This document shows positions 48,023 through 57,990 of a DNA stretch of 64,000 nucleotides, piece after piece (the stretch's first letter is position 1; every line of letters begins with the position of its first letter). The notes under the pieces were generated by a model, which worked only from the letters and a program-made list of their open reading frames with translations, had not been told where the DNA came from and searched no databases. The position numbers and the translations under genes are program-made. Source of the stretch: Cyanophora paradoxa CCMP329 (lineage: Eukaryota; Plantae; Glaucophyta); assembly GCA_004431415.1 (NCBI GenBank), contig QPMI01000657.1, positions 62,001-126,000 on the forward strand, written 5' to 3'.

Positions 48023-51000
48023 TTATACTGTGACATTTTTAATTTGATCTATTTGACTTTGGAGATTTTCACATGTTTGTGTTAAATCTTTGCATTTCTT
48101 AGATAACTCTTTAACGGCTTCTATGAGAACTGGAATTAAACCCGTGTATTCGAGAGAAAGGTAACCATCTTCTTTTGTGACACTTACAATTTCTGGTATT
48201 ACCTTTTCTACATCTTGCGCAATTAAACCTAATTTTGTTCCGTCTTTTTCACTCCCAATTCGTTTAAAACTCACTCCTTCTAATTTTTCGATTGCTGAAA
48301 GAGCGCCGGTTATCTTTTTAATATCTGTTTTGTATCTTCTGTCACTTCCTTGTGTTAAATAATTGTTTATCCACATCCGCCCGTTATGATCGATCCAACA
48401 AATATCAGAATCTAATTCATTTCGAAATACAATTGGATAATCTCCCCTTCCTTTCAAATATGTAGAAGTATTATTACCGAAATGGATACGATTGTATCCA
48501 TCACTGGAATTAAACCAAGTCCCCACAGCTCCTGTTAAGATATTTGGTTTACTATAAACATTATTCCAATGAATATAACCGGTGTGACCTCCATAACTAT
48601 GTCCAACCCAAATTTTCATGTAACTTATACCCATAATATGAACTCTTCCAATCTTTGGTCTAATCCGAATAGTCAAAAATCGATTACCGAGATGTATAGG
48701 AACATTATTTAAACCGCTGTGGTTACTGTCAGGAGATGTGGCGTATGGTTGATAACTATTCACTGATGTAATAAAAACTTCATTTCCTTGTCGATTTACT
48801 CCCCAAATTTCAAAAATTCGTGAGTTAGTCCAAGGTAGATAAGTTAAAAACGCTGTTCCTTTGAGATATCCTTCTGGAATATCGAAGTCTATCCAAGCGG
48901 TTGAAGTTTGATCATCCGTTTGATTATTATAAACATATGAACCATAATTATAATATGGATCCCATGCTGCACTCCACGCCCATGTCCAATCGTTATAAGA
49001 ACATCTATTAAATTCAATTCCTCCTTTTGTTGAATCCGCTGTGTGAAACTTTGGGACATCATTACCATTTATTTGGAGTTTGGTAGTAGCATTAATAGTG
49101 GGTGCTGTAATAGTGTTTTTCACCCAAAAGTTACCATTGTTATAAGACTTTAATATTGCTCCATCTGCTGAGTCTCTGAATTCAATTGAAACACCATCAC
49201 CATTTCCATAACCTCGAATATATGTGCAATCACCATTTCCAAACAAAATTCGCGGAACAGTGTCGGTTGATTTTAACCATGTATTTGTTGCCCATGTCGC
49301 TGTTTGTGGAAGGTCTGCGGCTGTAATTAATGCGGGGCGACTGTAAATATTATCCCAAGAGATCATACCAACATCATTATCTGTTGCCCTCTGCCTACTC
49401 CAACCAAAAACTCCTGTGAGATGAATGCGACCTTTTCGACCTTGAACATAAATATACTTGTAAAACTCGCAATTAATTGATACAAACAAGATAGTATTAT
49501 TTGTCCCATCATGATTTACTGACTGTATTCCTTGATAATCGTTTACACGTTTTAAGAAATGCTGATTGTTATTGAGAGTCTGACCATAGATATCAAAATA
49601 TCTGCCATTATACCAAGGCATATGCTGAATATAAAATGATTTCATACCTGTGGGGACAGTCCACCTCATAAAACAACCGCTACAATCTTCATCATTTTGT
49701 GGTGTTGTATAACATCCTGTTTGTCCTGTTCTTGGTGACCAATTCAAATTCCAATTATTTGCGCTTCTATCTGTTGATACTACATCTAATTGATCGAAAT
49801 CATATCCTTTTGGAATTGTGTTTCCACCAATTTGTAGACTAGTAGCGTTTACAGTTCCATTAACTGTCCCACCTGTAAGAGGTAAATAATTTCCTAGAGC
49901 TGCTGTTAACTCTGCATCTGTTGTATAATTATTTAGAGTCGTTCCCAATTCACTTTCTGTTACATAGCTGCTTAAATCTGCTGTTGTAAGATACCCTTTA
50001 TTGGTTAGGTAATCATCTGTAACAACACCTGAAAGGGTTGTATTGTGTAAGTTTTTCGCCGCCATTCTCTGATTGACTTCTAAGGCGCCACCTGATGTTG
50101 TTTTTATCCACGCCATCTCACATTTACCGTGATCATCTGTGGGTTGTCCCGCAACGGGAAGATAGTTTACAACTTTCTCCCTTGTGAATACTATTTTAGG
50201 TCTTGCTCCATCATATGCGCTTTGATCTGTTACGTTAATTTGAATAGCTGCTGAAAAATCCGCTACTTGTCCTATTTCTCCTGGGTGATAATTCGTAACA
50301 TAGATACTGGGGAAAGTATCGTTTACTCCTACATTGAAATCGCCACTATACACTCCATTTACGATTGGATCCCTGGGTAATCTTACTGCAAGAGTTCCCA
50401 CCATCGGTGTGCCTGTTTCACCTGTAAATGAACCATTGAGACTAACATAATGATCATTCAAAAATAGCCTTTCAGGTGTATTAATTGATTGGTAAAGTGT
50501 GACTCCATTAAAAACGTTTCCGATTGCATTCAATTGGGCAAAAACTGGCTGTTCGTCTATTTCGCTCCATGGGTGCCTGTGGTTGCTATTTGTAATCTCT
50601 GAATAATCATGAGTGTGTGAATCAGGTGGGAAGGTTAACGGAGGATTTGTGATATGCTCCCATAAATGAGTATGGGCGAAATCTGTTATTTGATCTTTTG
50701 TGTGAGTATGTGCGAAATCTGTTATTTGATCTTTTGTGTGAGTGTGTGCGAAATCTGTTATTTGATCTTTGGTGTGTGTATGGGCGAAATCTGTGATTTG
50801 ATCTTTTGTGTGAGTATGGGCGAAATCCGTAATATCTGCTTTTGTGTGTTTTTGTTTTGCTAACCAATCTAAAACAACATTCGATGTTGGATGATGTGGT
50901 AGAGTTGCATTTTTGGTAACTGTGAGATTTTCAATAAATATATTGCTCGAATTAATTTTAAGATCTTCATTATTCAATATGGGCTGCGTATTTGGAAATC

Positions 51001-53914
51001 CATACAATAATTGTATATAATATCTAACCGCGTTCTTTTCTTCAATAGATAACGCACGATTGAAAACGATAATTTCGGCAAGATCTCCATTAGCAACAGA
51101 AGAACCAAATGATGCAAAATTAGAAGGTGGAAGAAAATCACCCGATGATGTTCCAATATCAATACCACCCATTCCTACGACAATTTGCTCTGAGGAAACA
51201 GTGAAATCCCAATAATTCCACGAATTATAAATATATGATGCATCGAATAATGGAGGAGTTGCATTTTCTATATCGTTTTGAATTTGTAGTGAAACACCAA
51301 ACTTTTGATTTTTACAACCATATCCAATCCAATTTTGATAAGAACTATCCCTTATACTCAACATATAAGAAGGATTTGTAGTATTGATCCTACCTATAAA
51401 GAATAATGTAAGACCTAATGACCAATCTATTGAAACACTATTCCTATAAGCCATGTTTAATTCTTTCCCAATCGAAATTTGATTGTTTAGGGTTGCATTC
51501 AAATAATAATAAACAGTTTCCCAATTCGAATAATTTGTTAGATATGGTATCTGTGTAGTAACTCTGTTATATATCTGACCTTGATAATATATCAACTGAC
51601 CATGTTGACCTGATGCTTTCCATGCAAATATACAATTTGGAATAATTGGGGCTGGATCAATGACAGTAGTAACAGCATAGTAAGGTCTATAAAGTATTTG
51701 TATAGTATTTTGTGTTCCAATTGTTATATTTCGATACACTGTAAGATTACTTGTGTAAATATCATCTGCCCATAGGTTACTTGCCCATATGTTACTTGCC
51801 CATATGTTACTTGCCCATATGTTACTTGCCCATATGTTACTTGTATAAATGTTACTTGTGACTGTAAGGTTTGTATCATTTTTTATCACGAATAATGAAA
51901 GAATATTAGTAAGTTCTCCTTCATCGATGTATCCCTGTTCTTCTAAATAATCTTCTGTTACCACTCTCGAAATATCTTCATTGTGTATATTTTTGGCGCT
52001 TGCTCTTTGATTGATTTCTAATAAACCTTCACCAACTCCGCCATTATAATTTGTTTTTATCCATGCTACCTCACATCTTCTATAATCATCTCGATTTCCT
52101 ATAAAAGTATTTGGTAAAAGACGCTGCCGACTAAATACTAATTTCGGTCTCGATTGGTCAAAATCGCTTACATCTGTTACATTAATTTGGATTGCGGCAT
52201 CTTTGTTATCATAACTATTTGGATCTAATGGAAGTGACGGTATCGGAGGTAATACATCTGTCATCGGGATATCCTCAGGGTAGAAGCTTGTTAAATAAAT
52301 TCCGGGTTTCGTCTCATATAAACCAAAATTACCATTGATTGGTAAAATCCCCTCTCTTCTGGGTGGTCTAATGTATAATTCGGCTTCCATTCCTGTGCCT
52401 GCTTCTATTCCCATGCGATTAAGGTAGTGGTCATTTAATTGTAATCTTTCTTCTATGTTAATATTTCTATAAAGACTTACACCATGTTGAAAATCTGTTA
52501 ATACATTTCCTGCTGATGCAAAAGTAGGCTGTTCGTCGATTTCGTCCCAATTATGCCTATGGTCTTCTGGCGGAAACTCAGTAGGTATGTTATCCAAATC
52601 TTCCCAATCATGGCGATGCTCTGTGGGTGGAAATCTTTCCGGTTTGTTTAGAATGTCATCCCATTCGTGTTCGTGGGGATCTGGTGGGAATGTGTCGGGT
52701 TTGTTAATAATATCCCTCCAATCTACGGTAAAATCGAAAAATCCCGGCTGTAATCCGTCTGGTAATAGCTCTTCATCTGGTATATGTGGTTGTTCGTAAT
52801 CTATGTTAGGTGGATCTAATCCATGTGGTAAAAGTTGTTCGTCGTAAGGTTGAAAACGATCATATAACATATGGTTAGGATCAAATCCATCGGGTAATTC
52901 TTCCACGTCTTCACATTCTTTATGTTCGAGAGGTATAACATTAATATCTGGTGCTAAAAGTTCCTCAGCGGGCGGTTTGTAATCTTTAAAAACTGGTTTA
53001 TTATGGACTTTTTCCCAACTAACAAAATGTTGCCCAAACGCTACCGTCTCATCTGCTGTGTATTCTCTTCCGGGTTGTTTCTTTGGTGTAAGATCTGGTG
53101 GATCCCATGGTAGCGGAAAGGGAACCGGAGTAGGTCCGTAATGCTCTATGATCTCTCTTATCGTTTTCTCACTAACAAGCCGTTCCCCATTTGCATAAAC
53201 ATTACTACCATGAATATTTCGCCATTGTCGGGTTCTAATACCAAGGTCTTTGGTGTTTGTGACCAAAGGTAGTAAATGCCGATCCATTTCGACAAGATCG
53301 GGATGTAAATGTATAGCTACTGGTTGAGTGGGGCTACTGTTGACAGTGACAGACGCCTTAGCTTGCGATGTATCATCAGGTAATCTAAAACCGAATTCTT
53401 CATTAGAAGCCGCATTTCGCACAATATCCTGCGGGTAAATGTTATTAGTATACGTGAAATTGTTCGTGTCACCATGTGGTGCAATTTGCAATATTTCAGG
53501 GATTTGTGTAATCGCATTTGATCCTTCATTATAGATTCTCAAACCGCTACGATGAACTCCCTTCTCATCCTGGACATTAAAAACCAAACGTCCGCTATCA
53601 TAACGTGTGGGAATATCGGGATGCGTTCCACTTGCTTTAAGTTTCCGTGGTCTCCTTCTGGTTGCCTTGATCTCCGCAACCGCGTTTTTTTTTACATTCC
53701 CCAAACTGAAAGCTATACTTACATCTTCTTTCTCTGGGTCTGTTTGATTCAGCGATAAAGCATGAATTCTGGGATGCGTCTTACTGGGTTTATCGGCGCT
53801 CTGATCAATTGACGCCGACCCTTTAATGGTGATATTATCAAAGTTTACATGTTTAGTGTTTCCTTTACCACTACCTGTTATGGTTTGTAAATTTGCTGGA
53901 TAATTGAAACTCAT
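48023..53914 (-). CDS. 1963-aa fibre protein with C-terminal peptidase S74 intramolecular chaperone
   Basis: SDRRYKTDI...GLIAQDVEKVIPE...LEYTGLIPVLIEAVKEL; HTHTKDQITDFA repeats; LamG-like GDLAEIIVFNRALS. Confidence 0.88.
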   Translation of the reverse strand: MSFNYPANLQTITGSGKGNTKHVNFDNITIKGSASIDQSADKPSKTHPRIHALSLNQTDPEKEDVSIAFSLGNVKKNAVAEIKATRRRPRKLKASGTHPDIPTRYDSGRLVFNVQDEKGVHRSGLRIYNEGSNAITQIPEILQIAPHGDTNNFTYTNNIYPQDIVRNAASNEEFGFRLPDDTSQAKASVTVNSSPTQPVAIHLHPDLVEMDRHLLPLVTNTKDLGIRTRQWRNIHGSNVYANGERLVSEKTIREIIEHYGPTPVPFPLPWDPPDLTPKKQPGREYTADETVAFGQHFVSWEKVHNKPVFKDYKPPAEELLAPDINVIPLEHKECEDVEELPDGFDPNHMLYDRFQPYDEQLLPHGLDPPNIDYEQPHIPDEELLPDGLQPGFFDFTVDWRDIINKPDTFPPDPHEHEWDDILNKPERFPPTEHRHDWEDLDNIPTEFPPEDHRHNWDEIDEQPTFASAGNVLTDFQHGVSLYRNINIEERLQLNDHYLNRMGIEAGTGMEAELYIRPPRREGILPINGNFGLYETKPGIYLTSFYPEDIPMTDVLPPIPSLPLDPNSYDNKDAAIQINVTDVSDFDQSRPKLVFSRQRLLPNTFIGNRDDYRRCEVAWIKTNYNGGVGEGLLEINQRASAKNIHNEDISRVVTEDYLEEQGYIDEGELTNILSLFVIKNDTNLTVTSNIYTSNIWASNIWASNIWASNIWASNLWADDIYTSNLTVYRNITIGTQNTIQILYRPYYAVTTVIDPAPIIPNCIFAWKASGQHGQLIYYQGQIYNRVTTQIPYLTNYSNWETVYYYLNATLNNQISIGKELNMAYRNSVSIDWSLGLTLFFIGRINTTNPSYMLSIRDSSYQNWIGYGCKNQKFGVSLQIQNDIENATPPLFDASYIYNSWNYWDFTVSSEQIVVGMGGIDIGTSSGDFLPPSNFASFGSSVANGDLAEIIVFNRALSIEEKNAVRYYIQLLYGFPNTQPILNNEDLKINSSNIFIENLTVTKNATLPHHPTSNVVLDWLAKQKHTKADITDFAHTHTKDQITDFAHTHTKDQITDFAHTHTKDQITDFAHTHTKDQITDFAHTHLWEHITNPPLTFPPDSHTHDYSEITNSNHRHPWSEIDEQPVFAQLNAIGNVFNGVTLYQSINTPERLFLNDHYVSLNGSFTGETGTPMVGTLAVRLPRDPIVNGVYSGDFNVGVNDTFPSIYVTNYHPGEIGQVADFSAAIQINVTDQSAYDGARPKIVFTREKVVNYLPVAGQPTDDHGKCEMAWIKTTSGGALEVNQRMAAKNLHNTTLSGVVTDDYLTNKGYLTTADLSSYVTESELGTTLNNYTTDAELTAALGNYLPLTGGTVNGTVNATSLQIGGNTIPKGYDFDQLDVVSTDRSANNWNLNWSPRTGQTGCYTTPQNDEDCSGCFMRWTVPTGMKSFYIQHMPWYNGRYFDIYGQTLNNNQHFLKRVNDYQGIQSVNHDGTNNTILFVSINCEFYKYIYVQGRKGRIHLTGVFGWSRQRATDNDVGMISWDNIYSRPALITAADLPQTATWATNTWLKSTDTVPRILFGNGDCTYIRGYGNGDGVSIEFRDSADGAILKSYNNGNFWVKNTITAPTINATTKLQINGNDVPKFHTADSTKGGIEFNRCSYNDWTWAWSAAWDPYYNYGSYVYNNQTDDQTSTAWIDFDIPEGYLKGTAFLTYLPWTNSRIFEIWGVNRQGNEVFITSVNSYQPYATSPDSNHSGLNNVPIHLGNRFLTIRIRPKIGRVHIMGISYMKIWVGHSYGGHTGYIHWNNVYSKPNILTGAVGTWFNSSDGYNRIHFGNNTSTYLKGRGDYPIVFRNELDSDICWIDHNGRMWINNYLTQGSDRRYKTDIKKITGALSAIEKLEGVSFKRIGSEKDGTKLGLIAQDVEKVIPEIVSVTKEDGYLSLEYTGLIPVLIEAVKELSKKCKDLTQTCENLQSQIDQIKNVTV
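50666..50848 (-). repeat. 5 x 36-bp coding tandem repeat (HTHTKDQITDFA)
   Basis: Read directly from the sequence. Confidence 0.9.
51767..51858 (-). repeat. 15-bp coding tandem repeat (SNIWA)
   Basis: GTTACTTGCCCATAT units. Confidence 0.9.
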
Positions 53915-53963
53915 CCCTGATTACTCTAATAATAGAGATTTATTAAATTTCAATAAAGTAAAG

Positions 53964-55502
53964 ATGCCCTTACGCGTAGTTTTAGCATTGTCCGGCGGCG
54001 GCGCACGTGGTATTATCATAACAAGGTTGTTAAAAGAAATAGAAACAAGAACGGGTAAACGCGTTATTGATTTGGTCGATCTTGTAAGTGGAACATCCAC
54101 AGGCGGTATTATCGCTATCGGTCTCAATGTGAAAAATCCCGAATTTCCCGATGAACCTAAATTAACAGCTACCGACCTTCACAATACTTACCTATATCAT
54201 CTTCCTCTCATCTTTGCGAATCCGCGGAATATTATAGAGAATGCACTTTTCAATACTAAATATGATGTATCACCATTAGAAACCGCTATTTTCTCTGTGA
54301 CTGGGGAAGCTCTCATAAAAGATTCACTAAAAGATGTGGTTATTACGACGTTCGACACTGTAAGCATGAAACCAATTTTTATAGCAAATGATAACGATTA
54401 CAAGACTATACCAAGTAAAATAGCGGCACGTTCTACTTCCGCCGCTCCTACATATTTTGCTCCTGTCGATTACGAGGGGATGTGTTTAATAGATGGTGCG
54501 ATATCAGGTAACAATAACCCAAGTGTTTGTGGTTATAGTCACGCAAAAAAGATTTATGATAACGATGACGATATTATAGTTATTAGCATATCATGTGGTG
54601 AGGTTAACGAAACGGACGCACCTAATGTGGGTTACTCTTAGGAAAGTGTGAATACCTGGGGAATTCTATCATGGATTGCTTCCACCTCAGGGAGTCCATT
54701 AATCAATATGCTAATGGCTGCAAGTGAATTATCGGCTCTTGAAAAGATGCAAGAGTTTTTACCATATAATGATGACCAAGGATATGCGCGATACTACCGT
54801 ATCTCCGTGCCGCTTCCGAAAGATATCTTAAACTCCCTCGATGATACTTCTAAGATTCCGGACATGATCACGGCGACTGAAACGTATATACAAGCAAACA
54901 ACGCCATGATAAATCGACTCTGTGAGTTACTTGTAACAAACTACGAAATTAAGAACCCTGTAAGATCCTATGTATCATCCACTCTTAATAACATACCTCC
55001 TATTGACGCTAACTGGTATCTTCTATCGGATAATGCGTTTACCGCTTCTTCTGCAAAATTCGGAAAAGAGGCATTTAAAGCCCGCCCATCATTAACAGGA
55101 TGGGAAGCGAACGCATCCGCCATAAACGGAGTATGGGAAACGCCAACTGAATATTTGCAAATTGCTTTTCCATATACATATGAAATCGCTTCTATAATTG
55201 CGTATGGTTCAGGTATAACAACTGCATTTATTAAAACTTTCAATGTTGCGACGTCGCAAGATGGTATAACATGGTCATTTATCAAATATGAGGGTGTAAA
55301 TCGAATGTTTGTATGTGAGAATATAAATAATGCTAATAACTCTGGGGATGTATCATATGCTCTGGGGTTCCCGCTTTCGATTAACGATGTATTTTATATA
55401 GGTTATCCATTAAGAACACGATATATACGTATTTATCCTTTGGTATATATAAATGCCCCGACTATGAGAGTCGATGTAACGGGCGCATTTATTAGAAATT
55501 AA
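53964..55502 (+). pseudogene. Patatin-like phospholipase + F5/8 type C (discoidin) domain, split by one in-frame TAG at 54639-54641
   Basis: GGGARG, GTSTG, SAAPTYF, DGA. The same frame continues GYS*ESVNTWGILSW into discoidin motifs EYLQIAF, SQDGITW, RYIRIYP...MRVDVTG. Confidence 0.8.
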
Positions 55503-56797
55503 AGTTTTTCAGTTCCATTTATTGTAAGTTTCTTTAATTCTCTTGTAATTTTACTTTTTTTCTTTAATCTGGCTTGTAAAAGCGGTTCTTCTGGGACATC
55601 ATCCGCTTTTTCGATGCCTTCCTTTCGTATCGCCGAATCTATCCGCGCTTCTTCTTTGGCTTGTTCTAATGCATCACCTGTGGGCGCCTCATGATACTCT
55701 ACACCTTTGATAGGTAACAGTTCGTGGAAAGCAAACCTCCCATCGACCATTTCACCATTAGGATTTCTTAACCGAAACTTAAAACCCTCTCTACCCTCGA
55801 CAGTATAAACGATCCGCGACCAATTGACACCCTGTTTAGCGAATGGGTTCTTTTCTATTCTCACCCGCACAAACATACCCTTTTGAATACCGTCTAAGTA
55901 AGCCATCGACTTCTTAAACTTCTCGTCTTCTAAACCTATGATTTCTCTATAATGCTCATCTGTGGTTTCTGCGGGTTTTCTCTTAGTCGCTGAATGAACA
56001 GTATGATTATAATTATACTCAATGTCACCCAATACATCGAAAAATCGCGCTGTGTTGTTTGCTATGCAATAGTTCGTAATAAGCCGCTTGATCTGCTTGT
56101 TAAACGCTTCTATTCTACCCTGACTACGATGATCTGCGACATCGCTAATCTGATGATCGATGAACTTCTTAGCAAGGTAGTTAGTGAACACTGTATTAGT
56201 AAATTCGCTCCCGCTATCACTTTGGACGCGTGCAATAGGTCGTGGCACTCTCTTTTGTAGCTGTTCGAAAGCGGCAAGAGTCGTAATAGCGCTCTTATCT
56301 CTCATCGGAATTATATAACCTGTTCTAAGCGTTGATTCCATAGCCGACATAAACGTATCGTATCCGTCATTTTGCTTCTTGTAAGCCGGGAAAAACAGAA
56401 GATCTATAACATAGGTATCGAGAGGTTGCCTAATTGGTATCATCGGGTCTCTCTTTCTTGAAAGGGTTGGCGCGTTAATCTGAACGACTTCCTGTTTATC
56501 ATACCATTCTTTCATCTTCTTATAGTCCTCATCCGGTAGTTCTTTTCTCATCGCTCCGAAACCCTTGTATCCGGTGCGCGGATCATAAAACTTCTTAGCA
56601 ATCTTAGACTCTTTCGTTACAGTCTCAGTAGGCAATGCCTCCGGGATCAGTTCTTTAACTATCTCAGACTTCTTTAAAATTCGTGTGTTTTTCTGTTCTA
56701 TCGGAATGGTTATAGGTAGCATATTACCTTGATCTTCTTTCATGCTCTTCTTTACGATCTTAGGAATGGGTCTTAATCCTATCTGTGCTGACGGCAT
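55499..56797 (-). CDS. Retroviral-type (RVE) DDE integrase
   Basis: YVIDLL, VQSDSGSEF, GRIEAFNKQIK and YNHTVHSATKRKP; the DDE triad is intact. Confidence 0.93.
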   Translation of the reverse strand: MPSAQIGLRPIPKIVKKSMKEDQGNMLPITIPIEQKNTRILKKSEIVKELIPEALPTETVTKESKIAKKFYDPRTGYKGFGAMRKELPDEDYKKMKEWYDKQEVVQINAPTLSRKRDPMIPIRQPLDTYVIDLLFFPAYKKQNDGYDTFMSAMESTLRTGYIIPMRDKSAITTLAAFEQLQKRVPRPIARVQSDSGSEFTNTVFTNYLAKKFIDHQISDVADHRSQGRIEAFNKQIKRLITNYCIANNTARFFDVLGDIEYNYNHTVHSATKRKPAETTDEHYREIIGLEDEKFKKSMAYLDGIQKGMFVRVRIEKNPFAKQGVNWSRIVYTVEGREGFKFRLRNPNGEMVDGRFAFHELLPIKGVEYHEAPTGDALEQAKEEARIDSAIRKEGIEKADDVPEEPLLQARLKKKSKITRELKKLTINGTEKL

Positions 56798-56841
56798 CTT
56801 TACCTTATTTCCGTAATTTAATTTTTCTATATAATTCATAA

Positions 56842-57243
56842 ATGAACCATCGGGGCTTCCATGTGATGTTAGATTACAAGTTTTCGAGTCCGCTAATTAC
56901 GGGAGTGGACAACTTAGAGACCACAACGAAATGGTTAATGCACTTTTTACAAGATATTATACAAGAACAAGGTATACGAGTAGTTCACAAGCATTACGAG
57001 ATTTTCGATGGTGGTCTTTCACCTCCTGGTTTTACATTAGTTCTCCTATTAGATGAGAGTCATTGCACCGCTCATTGTTACTCAGACGAGGGCATGTTAG
57101 CAATCGATATATTCAGTTGCGGAAGGGAAGCGGAGCGAAAGACATGTAATATATCATCGTTAATAGAAGAAAGGATAATAGGTATCTTTGGTGGATCTCC
57201 TTATACGGAGAGACATAAAGTATCGAGATTTCCGACACGGTAA
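56842..57243 (+). CDS. speD: Prokaryotic-type (class 1B) S-adenosylmethionine decarboxylase proenzyme
   Basis: GFHVMLD, PPGFTLVLLLDESHCTAHCYSDEG and AIDIFSCG, including the ESH self-cleavage motif. Confidence 0.85.
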   Translation: MNHRGFHVMLDYKFSSPLITGVDNLETTTKWLMHFLQDIIQEQGIRVVHKHYEIFDGGLSPPGFTLVLLLDESHCTAHCYSDEGMLAIDIFSCGREAERKTCNISSLIEERIIGIFGGSPYTERHKVSRFPTR

Positions 57244-57984
57244 TAAGTGGTAAAAGAAGATGTAACAGGTTAATTAATTGTGATTCAGTGTAGTGTTACA
57301 GGTGTTACAGGTCTATCCCAAAGTTCCAAGCCGCCGACCTCCTCCTAGGGGAAAGTTTGGGATGAACCTGTAACACCTGTAACACATACCATTATCAGTA
57401 AGAACCCATTAAAACAACAAAATATCAGTCATAAAATACCATTATAATAACATAAGAATCATAAAGAATACTAACATATCTTTCTTATAATACACGTCCC
57501 GCGCTCCATACACGCCATATGCGCTCCATATCATCATCGCATTTAATCGAGAAAGTACATTTTATTATTTTTCGATGGAATTCCATTATAATTTCATACA
57601 TATTTCTTGTATAATTAAATACATATTTTTCATATAATGCATACCCATATTATTTCCATATCATTATACACGATAATGCGTAATATCACACATAGAGAAA
57701 GCCCGCGTTTTATCAGGAGGCGTGATATAATTTATCTAAGTTTAAAATCAACCTCAAATACAAGTGATTACGAGAGATAAACGTAAAATACATCGGAGTT
57801 ACGAATAAATTAAATTTCAGTAAGGGTTTGGATAGTAAAATATATGAATTACACACATAAAAGACAAGAATAAAGGATAAAATACACATAAATTATCGTA
57901 AAATATGCAAGAAATATAGGTAAAATATAAACAAATTATAATTAAACTTAGCCGAGGGATAAAACGCGGGCTTTCTCTATGTGT
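57133..57984 (-). repeat. Right terminal inverted repeat (852 bp)
   Basis: Ends ...GGGCTTTCTCTATGTGT; reverse complement of 29850-30701. Confidence 0.95.
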
Positions 57985-57990
57985 GTCGAG
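57985..57990. repeat. Right 6-bp target-site duplication GTCGAG
   Basis: Identical to 29844-29849. Confidence 0.95.

Larger units (their letters stand above)
29850..57984. mobile_element. Endogenous Polinton-like virus / Maverick, 28,135 bp, complete
   Basis: 852-bp TIRs, 6-bp TSD, and dense intronless AT-rich genes including MCP, pentons, A32 ATPase, pPolB and RVE integrase. Confidence 0.96.

Noticed and set aside
50666-50848. 36-bp repeats resembling a CRISPR array
   Set aside because: The units are contiguous with no spacers, vary mainly at synonymous positions, and encode a fibre repeat.
19393-54641. Stop-codon reassignment to explain in-frame TGA (19393) and TAG (54639)
   Set aside because: Both codons serve as ordinary stops for other genes in the same elements or window.
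29850-57984. Classification as a canonical virophage or as contamination
   Set aside because: No maturation protease was recognised and the MCP is short for a virophage. The TSD and the split exon show true integration.
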